A stretch of DNA of 34,647 nt. Source: an uncultured bacterium (GTDB lineage Bacteria; CAZSTA01). Positions 1 to 8,193 of the stretch are shown piece after piece (the first letter of the stretch is position 1; the number at the start of each line of letters is the position of its first letter). The translations under genes were made by a program, and so were the position numbers. The stretch spans positions 1-34,647 of the forward strand of contig CAZSTA010000014.1 in NCBI GenBank assembly GCA_964609495.1. The letters are read 5' to 3'. A model generated the notes under the pieces. The model was given only the letters and a program-made list of their open reading frames with translations, searched no databases and was not told where the DNA came from.

Positions 1-45
1 GGAGTGATCTTTGTGGCTCAAGGGAAGATGAGTAAATTCTTGTAA
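1..45 (+). CDS. 3' end of an upstream gene (partial)
   Basis: Frame 1 is open from base 1 (GVIFVAQGKMSKFL) to TAA at 43-45, just before the RBS of the kinase; too short to identify. Confidence 0.35.
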   Translation, partial: GVIFVAQGKMSKFL

Positions 46-63
46 TAAGGTAGGTGAGGATTT

Positions 64-1572
64 TTGAGTTTGATGGGGTTGGATATTGGAACTACGGGAA
101 CTAAAGCAGTTATATTTGATGAGGAAGGTAAGATATTGTCTCAATCCTATCGGGAATATACGCTTCTTAAACCTAACCCGGGGTGGTTGGAGCTAGACCC
201 AGCTATAGTTTGGGAATCGGTGCAAACTGTGATAAGGGAAGCCGTCAAGGAGAATAAAGGATCGCCAGTTAGAGCTATGGCTACCTCCGCTTTAGGAGAA
301 GCAGTTACCCCGATAGATAAGGAGGGAAATCCTCTCTATAATACTGTAATCGCGATGGACATTCGAGCTATTCCTCAAAGTGAATGGCTGGGAGAGAGGC
401 TGGGTAAGAAGAGGCTATTTGAGATAACTGGAATGCCGCTTCATCCTATGTATTCGATCAATAAGATCCTGTGGTTTAAGGAGAACATTCCAGATGTCTA
501 TAACAACACTTGGAAGTTTCTCTGTTGGGAGGATCTATTCTCCCTGCGTTTAGGATTAAAGCCAGTGATAGACTATTCCCTAGCCTCACGAACTATGGCA
601 TTTGACATCGTCAAAAAACGATGGTCGGAGGAGATAATGGAGGTTGCGGGGCTTGAGGGGAAGCAATTCGCGGAGGCTAGACCCTCGGGATATGTGATAG
701 GGGAGATTCCCAGGGAGATCGCGGAGTCCCTGGGATTAAAGCCTGGAGTAGTGGTCACCACTGGCGGATTCGATCAACCTTGTGCCGCACTTGGCGCTGG
801 AGCGGTGAAGGAGGGGATGGCGGTCGTGGGAACGGGAACGGTGGAGTGCGCGACCCCTGCTCTGAACGAGCCTATATTGAACGATAGGATGTTGGCTGGT
901 AATTATCCCTGTGCCTGCCATGTCAAGGATGATATGTTCGTCACCTTAGCCTTCAACTTCACGGGAGGGGCGCTGTTGAGGTGGTATCGAGATAACTTCG
1001 GGGCGGAGGAGATAGCCACTGCGAAGGAGCAAGGTCGAGATGTATACGAGGTGATGATCGAGAGAGCTGGCAAAGAACCATCTCCAGTTTTCATAGTTCC
1101 CCACTATATGGGGACTGGAACTCCTTGGATAGATCCAAGGGCGAAGGGGGCTTTCTTGGGACTGACCTTGGCAACTACTAAAAAGGATATCATCAAGGGG
1201 ATGCTCGATGGGATCACCTATGAATTGAAGCTCAACCTTGATACCTTGGAGAAGGCTGGAGTCAAGGTGGAGCAACTTCGCGCTATAGGAGGCGGAGCTA
1301 AATCAAGGGAGTGGTTGCAGTTGAAGGCGGATATCACCGACAAGAAGATCGTTTCTTTGAACGTTACCGAGGCGGGATGTCTAGCCACCGCGATCTTAGC
1401 GGGCAAGGGGATCGGAATATACTCCACAGTTGATTCCGCCTTGGAGAGGATAATCGAGGAGAAGGAGGTATTCACTCCCGATCCCGAGCGACATCAGAAG
1501 TATCTGGAAAGATATAATATTTATAGCAAGATATATCCCACTATTTCCGAATTAAGTCATAAGATAGGTTGA
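64..1572 (+). CDS. FGGY-family carbohydrate kinase (xylulokinase-like)
   Basis: GLDIGTTGTK phosphate-1 motif, DQPCAALGAG, GTGT, GGGAKS..WLQLKADI and EAGCLATAILAG motifs; TTG start with AGGTGAGGA RBS. Confidence 0.93.
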   Translation: MSLMGLDIGTTGTKAVIFDEEGKILSQSYREYTLLKPNPGWLELDPAIVWESVQTVIREAVKENKGSPVRAMATSALGEAVTPIDKEGNPLYNTVIAMDIRAIPQSEWLGERLGKKRLFEITGMPLHPMYSINKILWFKENIPDVYNNTWKFLCWEDLFSLRLGLKPVIDYSLASRTMAFDIVKKRWSEEIMEVAGLEGKQFAEARPSGYVIGEIPREIAESLGLKPGVVVTTGGFDQPCAALGAGAVKEGMAVVGTGTVECATPALNEPILNDRMLAGNYPCACHVKDDMFVTLAFNFTGGALLRWYRDNFGAEEIATAKEQGRDVYEVMIERAGKEPSPVFIVPHYMGTGTPWIDPRAKGAFLGLTLATTKKDIIKGMLDGITYELKLNLDTLEKAGVKVEQLRAIGGGAKSREWLQLKADITDKKIVSLNVTEAGCLATAILAGKGIGIYSTVDSALERIIEEKEVFTPDPERHQKYLERYNIYSKIYPTISELSHKIG

Positions 1573-1592
1573 GAGGAGATGATTTATCCGAT

Positions 1593-2207
1593 ATGCCATC
1601 AATTATCGAGGTAGCAAAAGAGGCTTTGCGTATCGAAGCCGAAGCGATAGAGGCACTTATCGCTCGGATAGATGAGAGATTTGAAGAGGCGGTTGCTCTA
1701 TTATATAATTGTAAAGGGAAGGTAGTGGTAACTGGGATAGGAAAACCCTCGCATATAGGTAAGAAGATAGCGGCTACCTTAGCCAGCACGGGGACTTCGG
1801 CTTTCTTTATGCATCCAGCGGAGGCCGCTCATGGCGATTCGGGGATGATAGGAGCTAAGGATGTGGTGATAGCGATCTCCAATAGCGGAGAGACCTCCGA
1901 GCTTCTCAATATCATCCCTATCATCCACAAGATCGGAGCCCCAATAATCGCTATCTGTGGTAATGTGAACTCTACCTTGGCGAAGAACAGCGTTGTTACG
2001 CTAGATGCGAAGGTCGAGAGGGAAGCAGATCCTCTCAACTTAGCTCCCACCGCCAGTTCGACCGCGGAATTGGCTCTAGGCGATGCGCTGGCTATGGCAG
2101 TTCATACTAAACGCGGCTTTACCGCGGAGGATTTCGCCCTATTTCACCCGGGAGGTAGCTTAGGCAGACAGTTATCGGGAATACGCCAAGAGGATGAAGG
2201 GAGATGA
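1593..2207 (+). CDS. KpsF/GutQ-family SIS sugar-phosphate isomerase lacking CBS domains
   Basis: KIAATLASTGT, HPAEAAHGD, ISNSGET, EADPLNLAPTASST and FALFHPGGSLG motifs; ends right after HPGGSLG, so no CBS pair. ATG 1593 preferred over TTG 1569 (GAGGAG upstream). Confidence 0.9.
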   Translation: MPSIIEVAKEALRIEAEAIEALIARIDERFEEAVALLYNCKGKVVVTGIGKPSHIGKKIAATLASTGTSAFFMHPAEAAHGDSGMIGAKDVVIAISNSGETSELLNIIPIIHKIGAPIIAICGNVNSTLAKNSVVTLDAKVEREADPLNLAPTASSTAELALGDALAMAVHTKRGFTAEDFALFHPGGSLGRQLSGIRQEDEGR

Positions 2208-2224
2208 ATTATATGGGGGAGTAT

Positions 2225-2363
2225 AGGTAGTCTTCCTATTTGGTGTTGATAGTGCCAAAAGCTGCCATAGCAGTGAATAACCCCTCGATAGTCCGAATGT
2301 AAGCCTATCGGTATATTATGGGACAATTCTTATTATAATCAACACTGTTGAGGGAGACTACCT
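2225..2363 (+). repeat. Structured element, long copy A
   Basis: AGGTAGTCTTCCT (2225-2237) pairs with AGGGAGACTACCT (2351-2363); inner stems GGTGTTGAT/ATCAACACT, GCTGC-CATA-GCAGT and CGATAG/CTATCG; near-identical to 2491-2554 apart from a 72-nt insert. Confidence 0.8.
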
Positions 2364-2421
2364 GATACCTTACCCTAAAAAATTTTTTTCTAATTATAAC
2401 CTAAAATTTTATCTTTTTTTC

Positions 2422-2450
2422 TTGACTTTTTCTTAAAGATATTGTAGAAT
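2422..2450 (+). promoter_or_regulatory. sigma70-type promoter of the sugar ABC operon
   Basis: TTGACT-17 bp-TAGAAT with an AT-rich upstream tract. Confidence 0.75.
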
Positions 2451-2490
2451 GAGGGGCAGTTAATTTTTTTCGGGATGTTTAAGATTTAGT

Positions 2491-2554
2491 GTAGTCTTCC
2501 TATTTGGTGTTGATAGTGCCAGAAGCTGCCATAGCAGTGTTGAGGGAGACTACC
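2491..2554 (+). repeat. Structured element, short copy B, in the ABC operon 5' leader
   Basis: GTAGTCTTCCTATTTGGTGTTGATAGTGCCAGAAGCTGCCATAGCAGTG matches 2227-2275 with one mismatch, then joins directly to TTGAGGGAGACTACC (2348-2362 in copy A). Confidence 0.8.
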
Positions 2555-2581
2555 AAAAATTTAAAAGGGGGTTAAATCAAA

Positions 2582-3871
2582 ATGTTTATTCGCAGAAGAT
2601 TATTAGTTTTGGGGGCAATGTTGTTGGTATCTTTAATCTTTGTAACTCCAGCTATAGGCGAGCAACAGGTTACCTTAAGAGTTGCCGGGATAGCGAAACC
2701 CTCGCCAGAATCTACAATGCCTGGGGATATATGGACGAGAGAACAATTAGAGAAATGGGAGAAAACTTATCCCAACGTAAAGTTAGAATTTGTTGATGTT
2801 CCCTGGGCAGAAGCAGAAATAAAATATATGACAATGGTTGTGGGACGAGATGTTCCTGATGTGGCAAAAGGACTTAGTCGATGGTGGTTCCCCCTTGCGA
2901 GACTTGGAGCCTTAAAAGATCTAGATGAAGCTCTTTCGCCAGGTTATTTGGAGAACTTCTTTCCACGTTCAGTAGAACTAAATAGATTTGAAGGAATACA
3001 AGTAGGAGTTCCTTCTACATTTAATATCCAAGCGGTAGCTTACAATAAGACTGTTTTAGATAAAGCAGGTATTAAAGCTCCAAAGGAAAAAATAGAAGAT
3101 GCTTGGACATGGAAGGAATTTGCTGAAAACATGGCTAAAGCTCAAGCAGCGCAAGAAGTTAACTATGCTTTTATCTTCTGGATGCATACTAGTAATTGTC
3201 GGCTTTTTCCTGTATATGCAGCTGGGGGCTCGATCTTTTCCGAAGATTTCAAGACCAACAATATTGATAATCCAGAGACTTTAGAGGCTCTGGAGTTTAT
3301 GGTTGACTGTGCTGAAAGAGGGTTAGTCCCTCTAGATAATATGAGTTCAGCTATAGACTGGACGACAAAGTTCGCGGCAGGAGACTTTATAGGATGGGTT
3401 GGTAACGGAAATTGGTCAATAAGCACCTTTGGGGAAATTATTAAGGATTTCGAATGGGATTTTACATTTCTTCCCACCTGGAGAAGGCATAGTATTCCCA
3501 ACCAGGGAGATTCGTGGTGCATGTTCAAGCTATCGAAGAACAAAGAATGGGGAGCTAAATTTATTGAGTTCATGACGAGCAAGGAGAGCCTTCTTCGCAT
3601 GTCAGAGCTTACTAGCTGGTTAACACCACGCAATGATGTGGCTGAAGAGGTGAAATTTCCATATCGGCCAGATTTAGGGATCTTTTTCCTTGAAGCATCT
3701 AAAGGTATTCTACCTCATATGCAGGCTGAGAGTGCATGGCCTGCCTATCCTGAAGCGGATGTAAGACTTCGACCTATCATTGACGACATGATTCGAGGTA
3801 AAATTACTGCTAAAGAAGCACACCAGAAAATGATAGCCGAAGTAAATGAGGTTGTAGAACTATATAAATAA
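2582..3871 (+). CDS. Sugar ABC transporter solute-binding protein (family 1)
   Basis: Cleavable-type signal peptide, YPNVKLEF, PDV, YNKTVLDKAGI..P, WTWKEF motifs; followed by two permeases. Confidence 0.9.
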   Translation: MFIRRRLLVLGAMLLVSLIFVTPAIGEQQVTLRVAGIAKPSPESTMPGDIWTREQLEKWEKTYPNVKLEFVDVPWAEAEIKYMTMVVGRDVPDVAKGLSRWWFPLARLGALKDLDEALSPGYLENFFPRSVELNRFEGIQVGVPSTFNIQAVAYNKTVLDKAGIKAPKEKIEDAWTWKEFAENMAKAQAAQEVNYAFIFWMHTSNCRLFPVYAAGGSIFSEDFKTNNIDNPETLEALEFMVDCAERGLVPLDNMSSAIDWTTKFAAGDFIGWVGNGNWSISTFGEIIKDFEWDFTFLPTWRRHSIPNQGDSWCMFKLSKNKEWGAKFIEFMTSKESLLRMSELTSWLTPRNDVAEEVKFPYRPDLGIFFLEASKGILPHMQAESAWPAYPEADVRLRPIIDDMIRGKITAKEAHQKMIAEVNEVVELYK

Positions 3872-3874
3872 CTT

Positions 3875-4068
3875 CGCTTACATTCGCATAAGGTGCGCCA
3901 GATCGATCTAATATGAGCGGAGGAAATAAGGTCTATACCCTCATCCTATCCCTCTCCCAGGAGGGAAGAGGGAACATCCAGATGAAGTTTATCTCTTTAT
4001 TTCCCCCTCCCTTGCTGGGAGGGGGTTAAAGGGAGGGTGATTTGAACTCGGCTAAGCCAATATGAGCG
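3875..4068. mobile_element. MITE-like element carrying a REP-like palindrome pair
   Basis: Flanked by the direct repeat AATAACTT (3867-3874, 4069-4076); imperfect terminal IR CGCTTACATT / AATATGAGCG; core 3938-4043 is an inverted copy of 7076-7179. Confidence 0.6.
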
Positions 4069-4081
4069 AATAACTTTAAAC

Positions 4082-4114
4082 AGAGAGAGGGATAATTTTA
4101 TCCCTCTCTCTTTT
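4082..4114 (+). terminator. Intrinsic terminator or stabilising hairpin between the binding protein and permeases
   Basis: AGAGAGAGGGATAA..TTATCCCTCTCTCT perfect stem followed by TTT. Confidence 0.7.
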
Positions 4115-4127
4115 AAGGGGGATCTTT

Positions 4128-5027
4128 ATGTATCAAAATCATAGATTAATTAAAAGAAGGAAACGGCTTCAATTAGCACCTTACCTTTTTCTTCTCCCAT
4201 TTTTTATCCCATTCATAATTTTTGTTGTCTGGCCTATTATTCATACTTTTTATTTAAGTTTTTTGAACTGGAGATTGACTGCTTTTAATCCACCTCAGTT
4301 TGTTGGAATCTCAAATTATGTAGAACTCTTTAATGATAAAATTTTCTGGCTCAGTCTCAAAAATACAGCCTATTATACCATAAGTGTAGTACCTATTGGG
4401 ATCTGTATTTCTCTTTTTTTAGCGATATTAATGAATCAAAAGATTCCCTTAAGAGGTATGTTTCGGGCAGTTTATTTTTTACCTGTTATAATCTCTATGG
4501 TAGTGGTATCTCTGATGTGGCAATGGATATTTGATCAGGACATGGGAGCAGCTAATATTCTTCTGAAATCTTTAGGTTTTCCTCCCCAAAATTGGCTTTC
4601 CAATGAACGATTAGCCATGCCTGCGATTATTTTTACTGCTTTATGGAAAGGAGTGGGTTATAACATGGTTATACTTCTTGCAGGACTCCAAACAATCCCT
4701 GTAGAATTACGTGAGGCAGCTCGTATTGACGGAGCTAACAGTTGGCAAGATTTTAGATATATTACCCTACCTTTACTTAAACCTACAATGTTATTTGTTC
4801 TTATAATGGCGACATTGGGTTCATTTCAGGTTTTTGACCTAGTTTATGTGATGACCGGTGGTGGACCAGGTCAAGCCACTAAAGTGCTAATTTTATATAT
4901 TTATGAAAAAGCCTTTCAATTTTGGGCTATGAGCCGAGCAGCTGCAATGGGTGTAATTTTGTTCATAATTTTGTTAGGATTAACCATAATTCAACTTAGA
5001 TTCTTTCGGGGAGAGATTGAATATTAG
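4128..5027 (+). CDS. Carbohydrate ABC permease (MalF/UgpA-like)
   Basis: Multiple TM helices, FVGISNY, FRAVYFLP, EAA loop ELREAARIDGA, ITLPLLKP. Confidence 0.95.
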   Translation: MYQNHRLIKRRKRLQLAPYLFLLPFFIPFIIFVVWPIIHTFYLSFLNWRLTAFNPPQFVGISNYVELFNDKIFWLSLKNTAYYTISVVPIGICISLFLAILMNQKIPLRGMFRAVYFLPVIISMVVVSLMWQWIFDQDMGAANILLKSLGFPPQNWLSNERLAMPAIIFTALWKGVGYNMVILLAGLQTIPVELREAARIDGANSWQDFRYITLPLLKPTMLFVLIMATLGSFQVFDLVYVMTGGGPGQATKVLILYIYEKAFQFWAMSRAAAMGVILFIILLGLTIIQLRFFRGEIEY

Positions 5028-5045
5028 GTGGGAGGTGTTACATGA

Positions 5046-5870
5046 ATGAAGGACTTTCAACGGAATAAAATAATTTCTTTATCAGTAATAGTTGTAGGTG
5101 CAGTGATAATGGTCTTTCCCTTTTTGTTTATGCTTTCAGGTGCATTAAAATCAGATTCAGAATTTTGGAGTCGCTCACAAAATCTTATTCCAGAAAGATT
5201 AGCGTGGGAAAATTTTAGAAGGGGATGGGGAGTTGCACCTTTTGGTCGTTATATGTGGAACAGTTTCTTTATTGCTACTTGTCAGACCACTATAGTAGCA
5301 TCCATCGCTTCTCTTACTGGATTTGCTTTTGCTAAGTATGTCTTTCCTGGGCGGAATTTTTTATTCCTTTTATGTTTATCAGGTCTTATGATCCCATTCC
5401 ATGCCAGGATGATCCCATTGTTTCTGATAGTCCGGGATCTAGGCTGGCTTAATTCTTACAAAGGAATTATAATTCCTGGAATGGCCAGCCCTTTTGCAAC
5501 ATTCCTTATGAGGCAGTATATGCAAACCATACCCGATGAGCTACTTTATGCAGCTCGAATCGATGGTTGTTCTGAATTTGGAATATTTTGGAGAATTATA
5601 CTGCCACTGATAAAACCTGCAATATCTGTAGTTGTAATCTTTACTTTTATGAGTAGTTGGAACAACTTCCTTTGGCCTTTAGTAGTTTTACACTCACAAC
5701 AATTATATACTATCCCTCTCGGCTTATCCAGATTTACTTGGCAATTTTTCACCCAGCATAATCAATTACTGGCAGTTATGATTATTACAATCATGCCGGT
5801 CATAGTCGTTTATACCCTTTTCCAGAGACATTTCATTCAAGGTATAGCTCTTACTGGCATGAAATATTAA
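5046..5870 (+). CDS. Carbohydrate ABC permease (MalG/UgpE-like)
   Basis: TM helices, IPDELLYAARIDGCS, RIILPLIKP, WNNFLWPL, FQRHFIQGI. Confidence 0.95.
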   Translation: MKDFQRNKIISLSVIVVGAVIMVFPFLFMLSGALKSDSEFWSRSQNLIPERLAWENFRRGWGVAPFGRYMWNSFFIATCQTTIVASIASLTGFAFAKYVFPGRNFLFLLCLSGLMIPFHARMIPLFLIVRDLGWLNSYKGIIIPGMASPFATFLMRQYMQTIPDELLYAARIDGCSEFGIFWRIILPLIKPAISVVVIFTFMSSWNNFLWPLVVLHSQQLYTIPLGLSRFTWQFFTQHNQLLAVMIITIMPVIVVYTLFQRHFIQGIALTGMKY

Positions 5871-5882
5871 GGAGGAAGATTC

Positions 5883-6767
5883 ATGACTAAATTTGATCAG
5901 CGGATTAGTATAAACAGTTTTGCAGGCTATGAATTAATCCCGTGGTTACAAAAGGTAGATGAACTTGGTTTTCAGAGTGTAGCAATCTTACCTTCCGGCC
6001 CTGGTCCAAAAGCAAGACATTCTTTGGGCGAATTTCCAACTCTTGATTTCTATAAAGGATATGAAGCAGAGAGACAAGAAATAAAGTAGGTATTAAGAAA
6101 GTTTAAACACATTAGTATACACCAAGCTTGGGATAACAATTGGAAAGAATGGATAGATTGTGCTTATTATTTTGGAGCCAAGATTGTTACAATACATCAC
6201 AAAAATAGAGAAAAGGGGGAATCTCTCAAAGCCTTTTTAAACAGACAAAAAAGCGTGTTTTTTGAAATTGGTGACTATGCTCAAATTAAGGGTATTAATA
6301 TTGGAGTAGAAAATCACAGTGGTAGATATGAAGATTATGTAGCTCTTATAAAAACTCTTGAACATCCTGCAATAGGTGCTACCCTTGATATAGGGCATTG
6401 TTCTTATTCTGAAGAGATTGAATCTATAGAAGATATAGAAGAAAGAGCAAAGAAACTCAATGAGTTACTTAGCCAATTGGTTAGAGATTTAGGCTCAAGG
6501 ATATGTCATTTTCATATTCATAATGTAAAAAAATATAAGGATATTGATTTTTCAAGGATTCCTCATCCATATTGGAAAACAGGGAGCTTTGTAGATCATC
6601 GTTCTTTACCTGAAGGTGAGATTAATATTTTTAGCTTATTTACTGTGATTAAAGAGATTAATTATCGAGGTATGTTCGTCATTGAACTTGAAGAACCAGA
6701 GCAGGAAGAAAAAGCAAGAATATCAGGGGAATATCTCGATAATATTTTAAAGGAATTAGCGTTGTAA
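5883..6767 (+). pseudogene. Sugar-phosphate isomerase/epimerase (xylose-isomerase-like TIM barrel) interrupted by one in-frame TAG
   Basis: ORFs 5883-6089 and 6255-6767 share a frame, and the interval is open except for TAG at 6087-6089; motifs GVENH, TLDIGH, HFHIHN, DH..LPEGEI, VIELE. Confidence 0.8.
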
Positions 6768-6821
6768 GGAAATAGCAATTAAGCGAGGTGCAGTGAGCTT
6801 CTGGGATTGATAGACCAACCT

Positions 6822-6969
6822 TTGACAGTGGTGAAAAGTAGCCTAAGAGCTGTCTTAGCTTTAACAGTGGTGATTATCCCTTCCAGAGATAGAGTAAAAT
6901 GTTATGATCTATTTTACTCTATCTCTGGAATTATCGCCATTTTCTTACCATTCCTCCCAACACTGTCAA
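6822..6969 (+). other. Large nested inverted-repeat structure (element C)
   Basis: TTGACAGTG (6822-6830)/CACTGTCAA (6961-6969); perfect 20-bp IR at 6881-6900/6911-6930; small hairpin CTAAGA-GCTG-TCTTAG. Confidence 0.7.
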
Positions 6970-6976
6970 TATATCG

Positions 6977-7010
6977 AAAATCACCTCTTTTGATGAGGTG
7001 ATTTTTTATT
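6977..7010 (+). terminator. Intrinsic terminator of the ABC operon
   Basis: AAAATCACCTC-TTTTGAT-GAGGTGATTTT followed by a T-run. Confidence 0.85.
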
Positions 7011-7028
7011 TTCCTTAAACTAGAGAGG

Positions 7029-7219
7029 TAAGCACGTAGAATATCGTGCTAGCAGATTTGGATTTGAATTTCCTTAAATCACCCTCCCCTAACCCCTCTC
7101 GTCAAGGGAGGGGGAGCTAAAGAGATCGAGCTTATCTCGATGTTCCCTCTCCCCTCGTGGGAGAGGGATAGGGTGAGGGGGAGAATCATATTCCCCAGCA
7201 CAAAGTTTTACATGCTTCG
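7029..7219. mobile_element. MITE-like element carrying a REP-like palindrome pair
   Basis: Direct repeat ACTAGAGAGG at 7019-7028 and 7220-7229; imperfect ~21-bp terminal IR (AAGCACGTAGAATATCGTGCT vs reverse complement AAGCATGTAAAACTTTGTGCT); core 7076-7179. Confidence 0.65.
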
Positions 7220-7236
7220 ACTAGAGAGGAGATCAC

Positions 7237-7265
7237 TTGATAGAGGACAAATTTTATGATAAGAT
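7237..7265 (+). promoter_or_regulatory. sigma70-type promoter
   Basis: TTGATA-17 bp-TAAGAT with TGn extension, followed by an AAGGAG RBS. Confidence 0.55.
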
Positions 7266-7302
7266 CGGGGTGTATTTATATTTCTTAAAGGAGAGATAAG
7301 AT

Positions 7303-7470
7303 ATAGAATTAAACTTCAAATTTGTAATATTGCTGATAATAATATTGCTTATCAGCATAGGAACTTCATCCTTCGTATCTGCTCAAGAGACTACAAACAT
7401 ATCCAAAGAGGACAGGAAGGCTTTGGAGCAGGCAGAAAAGGATATAGAAATACTGGAGAGAGGATTATAA
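7303..7470 (+). pseudogene. Short ORF or remnant of a secreted protein, with ATA at the start position
   Basis: Reads (I/M)ELNFKFVILLIIILLISIGTSSFVSAQETTNISKEDRKALEQAEKDIEILERGL*, with a signal-peptide-like N-terminus, behind a promoter and RBS. Confidence 0.45.
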
Positions 7471-8193
7471 ATCCTTTAATACATAAGGTAAATCTTTCAG
7501 GCTAGGGATCACCGCATCGACTTCCTCCCTCTCTTCATCCTTCAAATCCCTCCTGAATAGAATCCCCTTCATTCCCACTCCCTTCGCTCCTTTGATATCA
7601 CTTTTTAGATCATCCCCAATATGCACTGTCTCTTCGGCCTTAACTCCTAGTCTGCCTAGGGTATGAAGGAAGATGAAGGGGGAAGGTTTGAGCTTGCCCA
7701 CCTCATCAGAGAAGGTGAGATGGCGGAAATGCTCTATCAATTTCTCTTCTCTTAGAGATACTCTAAGCATACTTCCAGGGGTTACTCCAGTATTGGAGAT
7801 AAGTCCAAGCGTGTACTTAGAGGAGAGGAGAGGTATAACCTCGTTCGCCCCTTCCATTATCCTAGGAGGGATAAAGAGATGAGCGCTAGTATAGGAATAT
7901 TCAGCTTCATCGAGCAATCTCTTATTCGTCTTTATCCTCAAATACTCGAATAATTTTTTCACCTGATCGCTGGGAGGAACCTCCTCGAGCCATCTCTCTC
8001 TAACGTCATTGGCGTATAATCCAGTTTTAATATAAGCTTCAACTATCTTCCTAATATCCACATTATGCCCATTGCGTTTCATAGCTCTAGCTATCCCCAA
8101 TACCCTCATCCTCCGCCTTTTTTCTGCTTCTTTTCTCTCAGAGAGGTAAAACAGCGTATCCCAAAAATCGAAGGTTATAGCTCTTATCGTCAT
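7465..8193 (-). CDS. HAD-superfamily hydrolase (IA type)
   Basis: FDFWDTL, LISNT, KPSPFIF, HIGDD..SDIKGAKGVGM motifs; overlaps the nadC stop. Confidence 0.9.
   Translation of the reverse strand: MTIRAITFDFWDTLFYLSERKEAEKRRRMRVLGIARAMKRNGHNVDIRKIVEAYIKTGLYANDVRERWLEEVPPSDQVKKLFEYLRIKTNKRLLDEAEYSYTSAHLFIPPRIMEGANEVIPLLSSKYTLGLISNTGVTPGSMLRVSLREEKLIEHFRHLTFSDEVGKLKPSPFIFLHTLGRLGVKAEETVHIGDDLKSDIKGAKGVGMKGILFRRDLKDEEREEVDAVIPSLKDLPYVLKDL

Noticed and set aside
2225-2363. Copy A as 6S RNA or a cobalamin/TPP riboswitch
   Set aside because: It has a rod shape with a bubble and a GGAGAC tail, but no conserved cores were recognised and a deleted duplicate lies nearby; left unassigned.
6087-6089. Alternative genetic code (TAG reassigned)
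   Set aside because: Several conserved genes in the window end correctly at TAG.
6783-6860. GAGGTGC start suggesting a lysine riboswitch
   Set aside because: The other conserved blocks are absent and the position is 3' of an operon.
6807-7001. 64-aa ORF in the track
   Set aside because: It runs through long inverted repeats and the terminator and has no protein features.
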